A stretch of 59,595 nt of DNA, counting the filler, from Basidiobolus ranarum (Eukaryota), in NCBI GenBank assembly GCA_040143965.1. It is 10 parts of 10 records of this genome, joined end to end, with 100 filler letters (N's around TTAATTAATTAA, not from the genome) between each part and the next. Parts side by side here need not be neighbours in the genome. Positions count along the whole stretch, not along the records: positions 47,785 to 53,641 come from JASJQH010008358.1; positions 53,742 to 59,595 come from JASJQH010008359.1; 8 more parts are not named here. One strand, 5' to 3'. The notes beneath the pieces were generated by a model. That model saw only the letters and a list, made by a program, of their open reading frames with translations, made no database searches and had not been told where the DNA came from. Numbering within the stretch: position 1 is the first letter of the stretch; the number at the start of each line of letters is the position of its first letter. Positions 53,520-59,595 of this stretch are shown here, in pieces. The translations under genes and the position numbers were made by a program.

Positions 53520-53641
53520 TTAGGGTTAGGGGGGGATGAAAAGCACCAGATGGTGTGGACTTTATTTAGCTTAAATACTAATCTAAACAAAGTGACAATC
53601 AAGACATCAATCTTTTAAGATATTGTGACAATACTGGATCA
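53520..53641 (-). mobile_element. 3' end of the same non-LTR family as 6347-7172 (copy C)
   Basis: ~95% identical to 7061-7170; terminates CAT-CCCCCCC-TAA-CCCTAA. Confidence 0.8.
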
Positions 53642-53741
53642 NNNNNNNNNNNNNNNNNNNNNNNNNNNNNNNNNNNNNNNNNNNNTTAATTAATTAANNN
53701 NNNNNNNNNNNNNNNNNNNNNNNNNNNNNNNNNNNNNNNNN
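53642..53741. other. Artificial contig spacer
   Basis: N-run with TTAATTAATTAA. Confidence 0.98.
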
Positions 53742-53756
53742 TTTAGAGTCGGCATT

Positions 53757-54482
53757 TTAGTGTGGAGGAGCAGAGTTTTTTGGTGCAGTTGGTGGGGCTG
53801 GCGATAGGGGACCAAGGGGTGTCGTCGGGACCGGAGGCGTTGTGACATTTTCTGGAGGGTTATAATCTAGATAGAATGGAAACACTCAGAATATCGAAAT
53901 GAACTATACATATACTAAGTCAACCTACCATCAATAAAGAAGTTATCTCCTTTACCAGCAATACTCTCGTCCGAGCCTGGAGCCATAATCACAAAATAGC
54001 ATTCTTTCGTTTTTGTAGTGTCTGGTTCACGGGTTGGATCTACTGGGAAAATGGGGTATTGAGGTGGATAGTTCTTAACTGTGTCGAAGCCTTGGTCGTT
54101 TGTTATAGTCCATTGTTTAACAAGAGTAGGAGGGGAACTTGCTTCATAAAGTTTTATGAGCACCATTCCACCCGTTAAAAAGGTAGGATATTTATTCCAC
54201 CATCTTACAAAGTACTCCTTGTTAACCACCCATCTCTCACCTTTTTCCGGCAAACAGTATACGGTTGGTCCACAAGGTCCAGTCAGTTTACTCACTGAAA
54301 TTAAGAAGAAAATTAGTCACTGGAGTTATTTATCTTGAATCGAAGAATATCATATGTATGAGGTTAATACCATCATCAGGGCCAATGGTAATATTAGCAG
54401 GCGTGTTTGTTGTTTGTGTAAATATATAGGCTATTTGGTATAGTATCAGAAATAATTTTCCAATAAGGCTATTCAAGCGCAT
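53757..54482 (-). CDS. Putative secreted protein with a Pro/Thr-rich tail, 3 exons
   Basis: MRLNSLIGKLFLILYQIAYIFTQ...PDD/VSKLTGPCGPTVYCLP...NFFID/DYNPPENVTTPPVPTTP...APPH*; two phase-compatible GT-AG introns. Confidence 0.7.
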
Positions 54483-55643
54483 ACTGTGCTGAGGCAAGTC
54501 GAGTGAAAAGACGCGCGACTACTACAATTAACAAGTCTTATGAGAGGGATTGCCAATGAGGGACACACTTGAAGTATTTGTTTTATTAAAAGGGAGAGAG
54601 AAGAGTGGAAAAATCGATACGAGAACAAGAGTTGAAGTTTTAAAAGATCACTACAGGTTTGATGAGCTAAGAACCTATGGATCCACAATTCCCTAAAGTA
54701 ATCCTCTTCTCTTTTTCATTAAGATCACTGCGTATTATTTAAGTAATGTTCATATCATTTGCGGAACAAGCGATTCATAATGAGCTGACTCTTATCACTC
54801 TTAAATTAAAGTAGATTGAATCGGGAAACTTCAAGATTTTCAAGAAACTTTCCCATCATGATAGTCATAAAGTTAGTAGGGGACCAGGTCAACTCCAATG
54901 AGGGGGTATGCAAGTGTCAAGTAACTCCAAGGCCTATTTTGGATAGTTGCGAATAATTAATCGATTGGTTCCACTTGCTGCATACATGGGGTTTCGACCA
55001 TAACAATTGAGCCCACTATCAAATCAGAGAATATCAAAGCGGTGTTAGCGATCAATTCCCCCCTCCTCATTGGACAGAAACCACGGTCAAGTGGTAATTT
55101 CATTTGAAGATGCGGCTAGTTTATTTGGAACTTACTTTTGAGCATTAACAAATATAGTAGTTCATCCAGTTGCTTCCACAATGGGGGATTCGGTCATCGC
55201 ATATTATAACCAATCGAATGCAAGATTGAGAATTACAGTATGAGGATGGATGAATGCAAATGCCAGGATCTGCTCTTATCCATCAACAAAGGTATTCTTG
55301 GGTGCTAAAGAGAAGGTATAGTGGAAGGCGGATGGTTATCATATGATAGAGTCAATTCGAGACTACTAGGCTAGAGTTCAAGTACGGGTTATTTCAATGG
55401 ATTTTATTTGAATTACTCAGGTGGGAATGGTCTAAGTTGAATTGGAGTATTTAAGTGGTATGTTTCTTGATGAATCAAACTTACTACAGTGAGTGGCATC
55501 ACAATCATTATTGTCACACTGTTAGAGCTAATCCATAAAGATCTGGTCTATATTTTGCATATAATGAACACTGAGATGTGGACACTACTTGTACCGTGTT
55601 TTCTTCACGCATCCATTTACAAATCTACATTGGGTAACTGTTT

Positions 55644-56012
55644 CTAATATCTAAGGCTTTCCATCAAAGACACTCGCTTTCCTCGAGAATGGTGTCGAGT
55701 GGAGTTGGGGGTGAGGGTGAGGTAGGTGGCCTCTGCTGCTACTCCTTCGTGGACTGGATGCTGGTCATTATGAATATTGCGTTTGATACGAAGGCTTCGC
55801 TTGTATTGGAAACAGTGTTCAAAGAATTCATCAGTTAGGCCAAAAATATGACGAACAACAGGGCTACGTTCGTTAGATGCGGAAATATGTGAGGAGCCGA
55901 TAGAGTGGCTAGAAGGAAGTGTTGGACGAGATGTCATGGCTTGAACTACACCAATATCATTGATGATACCTTCTACTTTATATCTTTCATCTTCATCTAC
56001 ATGACTTGACAA
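55644..56012 (-). CDS. Hypothetical protein, probable terminal exon
   Basis: 122-codon open frame with higher GC than its flanks and protein-like composition; no ATG start or upstream exon resolved. Confidence 0.4.
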   Translation of the reverse strand: MSSHVDEDERYKVEGIINDIGVVQAMTSRPTLPSSHSIGSSHISASNERSPVVRHIFGLTDEFFEHCFQYKRSLRIKRNIHNDQHPVHEGVAAEATYLTLTPNSTRHHSRGKRVSLMESLRY

Positions 56013-59000
56013 AGTGGAGATCTACTACCCAACCAGTGAAGGTGGGACCCTGGTGAAATAGAGGAGCTATATATTTTCATTAGAAAAATAGTATCATTCC
56101 ACACAATATGGTTGAATGTTAGAATAAATAGACAACTAGTGAAGTATAAACAATGAAATGAACATAAATGGCTGGGTGTCGAGGACGATTGGTACAAACA
56201 TAGTTTGAATCAGCCAAAAATAAGATTCAATTTTGGCATTAGCGTAGTTAAAAATACCTACCCCATCAATAGGAACATTCCTAGTGTGCTCAGAGATGGT
56301 AACAAGGTTACCGTTTCAATGATTCTTTGCCCATCTACTTACTACAAATAAATCTCCATGTGATCTAATTGAATGGCCATTTGTTTCATTGCCCATGGTC
56401 GGTAAATGAAAGTTGTAACCAATTTCCTCTGCATGTTGAGGGGAAATTTATTTCTTTGGCCCCCGTGTTAATAGTTAAATCTGGCCATTTATTGAGTACT
56501 GTCATGATATGAGGGATTCAGATACATTGCGGATCAGAAGCTACGGATAGATTCATTTTCTCAGAGACCAAGACACTAGTATCTCTTTAATGAACCGCTC
56601 CATTTGTATAAATTTGCCATGCTTGGTCTTTCTGCAGCCTAGATCCGTATGGTCTTTTGGCATATGAAACCCACGCAGTTATTTATTGCTAACATATGGC
56701 CCGCTCTGGTGATTATGGTGACTTATCTCGACAGCAACGAACTGCTCATCTAGTGTAGACGCATTTTTAAGAGCCTAGTCTAGCTGTTGAGTTCTAACAA
56801 TACATGCAGTGCTGAAGTTGGTAGGCCTTACAACCAAAGAGCTTTCTACGAATTACACTGATTTATTCAGCAGTAGATACTTAAGGTACTTTGATAGAAC
56901 CATTGCCATGCAGTCTAACATATATTGTAAGTTAAGACACTGTGTAATGCACAAATTAGTGGATCCCTTTTTAGATTGTACGGATAAAAATGACTAGTCA
57001 TTCTGAATTCGAGTTCTCGGTTGTATAAATGAAATGTTTATATCTGGGTCCAATTCGTGACGAATGGGTAAACCGGGAAACAATTACAATTGTTACAGCA
57101 TACAGAGATTTGGACGTGAAACTTCGCGGAGATGATTGGCTAAGAGGAAAATAACTTCTAATCTTAGGGTTTCTGCCTAAAGGTGCCCAAACTTAGCTCT
57201 TTAACGGAGGTATAGATGGGTAATTGTGAATGAAATACCGATTTACCAAGAGATATGGGGACACCGTATAATCGCTGTGGTGAAGCTGGGAATGGAGAGT
57301 TGGTGTTTCTTGAGAAAAATTCATTCTTTCGTAATTGTCATTCTAGATCTCTCATAGTTTCCGGAGAACAGAGATGAGATTGCCACATTCACATAAATCA
57401 AGCCTAGGCGACTGAATATGATCTCTCACCAAATAAGTGCAAAGCCTTTAATCTCAATGATATCTTAATGTGGATTCGAGCCGGTAACTTTGCAAGCATG
57501 TTTATGTTAATATTCGAAACCTCTTTATAATCTACAACGGAAGGTCAGATTGCATGGGACATAGTGGAGAGAATCAGGCATATTTCATAATCTACCCTTA
57601 AATACTCGATATGATCCATAAAATCGAAATTTAGACTGATCTTAGTGCCAGTTTTCTCTTTCAGATTATGTTTCTCCAAGAATAAGAAATCAAATGCGAA
57701 ATAGTCATTCATGTTAGTTTTCTCTGAAACTAATGGAATAACGGTGTATCATATGACTACATTGGAGGCTTTTCATAAGCTGAGTCGCAACTGTAAAATC
57801 CGGTTTTTATAACATCAAGAGATTCCACGATTACTTGATAAAGTAAAGCAGGCCAGGAGAGTAGATTCTGACACGGTAGCCTCATATGTTATAGAGTAAG
57901 GGGTAGTCATGCTAACTAAAGAAAATTGGACCAGGCTAAACCAAGATTGACTTGAGAATACCAAAGCCCACATTAGAATACAACGTAACTATCCCACTTC
58001 ATAACTTGTAATAAAGCTATAGATTAACTGATGGTCGTTGTTACCTGTAGATTAATGTTTTGGTTCAAATGAATACTGAGAGTGGTGATTATAATCCGTT
58101 AATTAGGTAGTAGCTGCAGTATCGATATTTGTCCGAGTGATTAGGCGCATTATTCATGTACATGGATACTGCTTAGTTTCAATAAATTAAAGGACTTGAT
58201 ATGCATCGGCATTGGATGTTTGGTGTGGATAATTGTGATGAGTAAATCCAGTTACTCTAATTTACAATTTGTGTTATGCTTTAGTCAGGTATTTACAGGC
58301 TCGGTTCACTTACCACGTATCTATGAGGTGTAAGGGCTTCTCACATGGTAAAGCGTAGCGAAGAGTTTATCGCGGTGTGGCCAAGTTCGGAGGACATCAT
58401 ATCTTAGGTTCAGAGGCAAGATCTGACGATTGATATGGTTATATTAGCGCATTATGCGTGCCAATGGAAATGTGGCCTAGTTATTTCATCAAATATATAT
58501 TCTGTAGCAGTTGTGCTTTTTACCAGATTCTAGGGATATAATAGGGATTTTATCAAATTCCGATGGTCAGAGTTTTGATTCTTTATTCTCTGGTGGTGTT
58601 GGCAGATCGGCGAGGGGTTTTCCCGAGTTATTACTGCGTGTATAAGGGATTAATAGTGAGCTGTGTATTAGTGAAAGTTGAAAGTAGTAGTGAGTGTAGT
58701 AATTACCAATTGATATTTGTAAGCATTAGCAAATTCTCAAAGCGATCTTGCGAAACCTGCTCCTAGACCATGAAACATTATGACGATAACCTGGAAGTAT
58801 TTATTGTAATGCAAATAGAATAGTATTAGAACAAATATGGCCAGTCCGTGTATGGGGGTATGATTCCTTCTATTGAAACATGGAGGAGGTAGATAATGGG
58901 GATAATGCTACTTTCTGATCTCGAATATATCACATCATCACATCATGAGAATTCTACGATCGTGTAGTCTTTAAGTTCATCTACGATATTTACCCATTCT

Positions 59001-59333
59001 CCTATGCTGGGCTTCTCCAGTGCGATCAATAACGACCGAACATTATGCACTTGGGTCTCTTGGCTTATATAAGAGTGACTGAGCTACTCCTCCCATCTGA
59101 CAGCCATCTACATTTGTCCCTTCGATCAAGCATCTTCAGATCCGATCAATTCGACTTTGCACAATTAGATCCAGCCAGAATTAAGACTTGGAAATTATCT
59201 ACATAGCCAACGCTGTTTACACACTTGTCTAGTCTCAGAATAAGTTTCTAACCCTGCCAACTTCGTTACAAATAATCTCACTCATTTACGTGCAATAGTT
59301 CAACCAAGGCCGTATTATTCAGCAAAAGGCATA

Positions 59334-59595
59334 ATGGATCTTCGCCTTATCCTCAACCTCGACAGCCATGAACTACGAGGTAACTCGTCAGAGTCTGACA
59401 ATGGTTCTGTAGAAGAGGTGGAGCATCTCATATGTAGCTGGGAGAATTGCAGAAAAGGGTTTGCGAGGAACTCAGATATGATACGACATAGGCGAACCCA
59501 CACATGAGAAAGGCCATATAAATGCGATATGTGTGGCAAAGGGTTTATACAGCGGGCAGCTCTTCGAGATCACATTCGCACGCATACTGGAGAAA
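59334..59595 (+). pseudogene. C2H2 zinc-finger gene with in-frame TGA in the first linker; runs off the window end
   Basis: MDLRLILN...[53 protein letters not shown]; TGA at 59505-59507; absent from the ORF track. Confidence 0.8.

Noticed and set aside
53520-53535. True telomere
   Set aside because: Only two TTAGGG units, internal to the contig and attached to a repeat terminus

Overview
Eukaryotic, fungal DNA with short GT-AG introns and an AT-rich background. The gene style suggests an early-diverging fungus; a Basidiobolus-like identity is my impression only. The window is not one locus. It is ten unrelated ~5.85-5.88 kb contigs in descending size order, joined by 100-nt N/TTAATTAATTAA/N spacers, so synteny only holds within a contig. 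Contents by contig: (1) an intronless P450 with one in-frame TAA. (2) Nested retroelement debris, two tandem Prx5-type peroxiredoxins and a partial Hsp70 with heat-shock elements. (3) A CaM kinase I with 8- and 11-nt micro-exons, ACMSD and a bZIP factor. (4) An Apd1-like ferredoxin and small ORFs. (5) A mycosporine/4-deoxygadusol-type cluster: inverted partial DDGS copy, O-methyltransferase, complete DDGS. (6) A decayed METTL25-like methyltransferase and HIRA. (7) An unknown disordered protein and a PhnP-like MBL hydrolase. (8) CpG-depleted Copia and Gypsy remnants. (9) A head-to-head pair of small secreted proteins, an MCT-type MFS transporter, tRNA-Arg(CCT) and a retroelement 3' end. (10) A secreted Pro-rich protein and a C2H2 gene with an in-frame TGA. 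The most interesting items are the DDGS/O-MT sunscreen-precursor cluster with a duplicated cyclase and no visible ATP-grasp gene, and a non-LTR element group whose 3' ends are a hairpin plus a telomere-like C-run/CCCTAA instead of poly(A).
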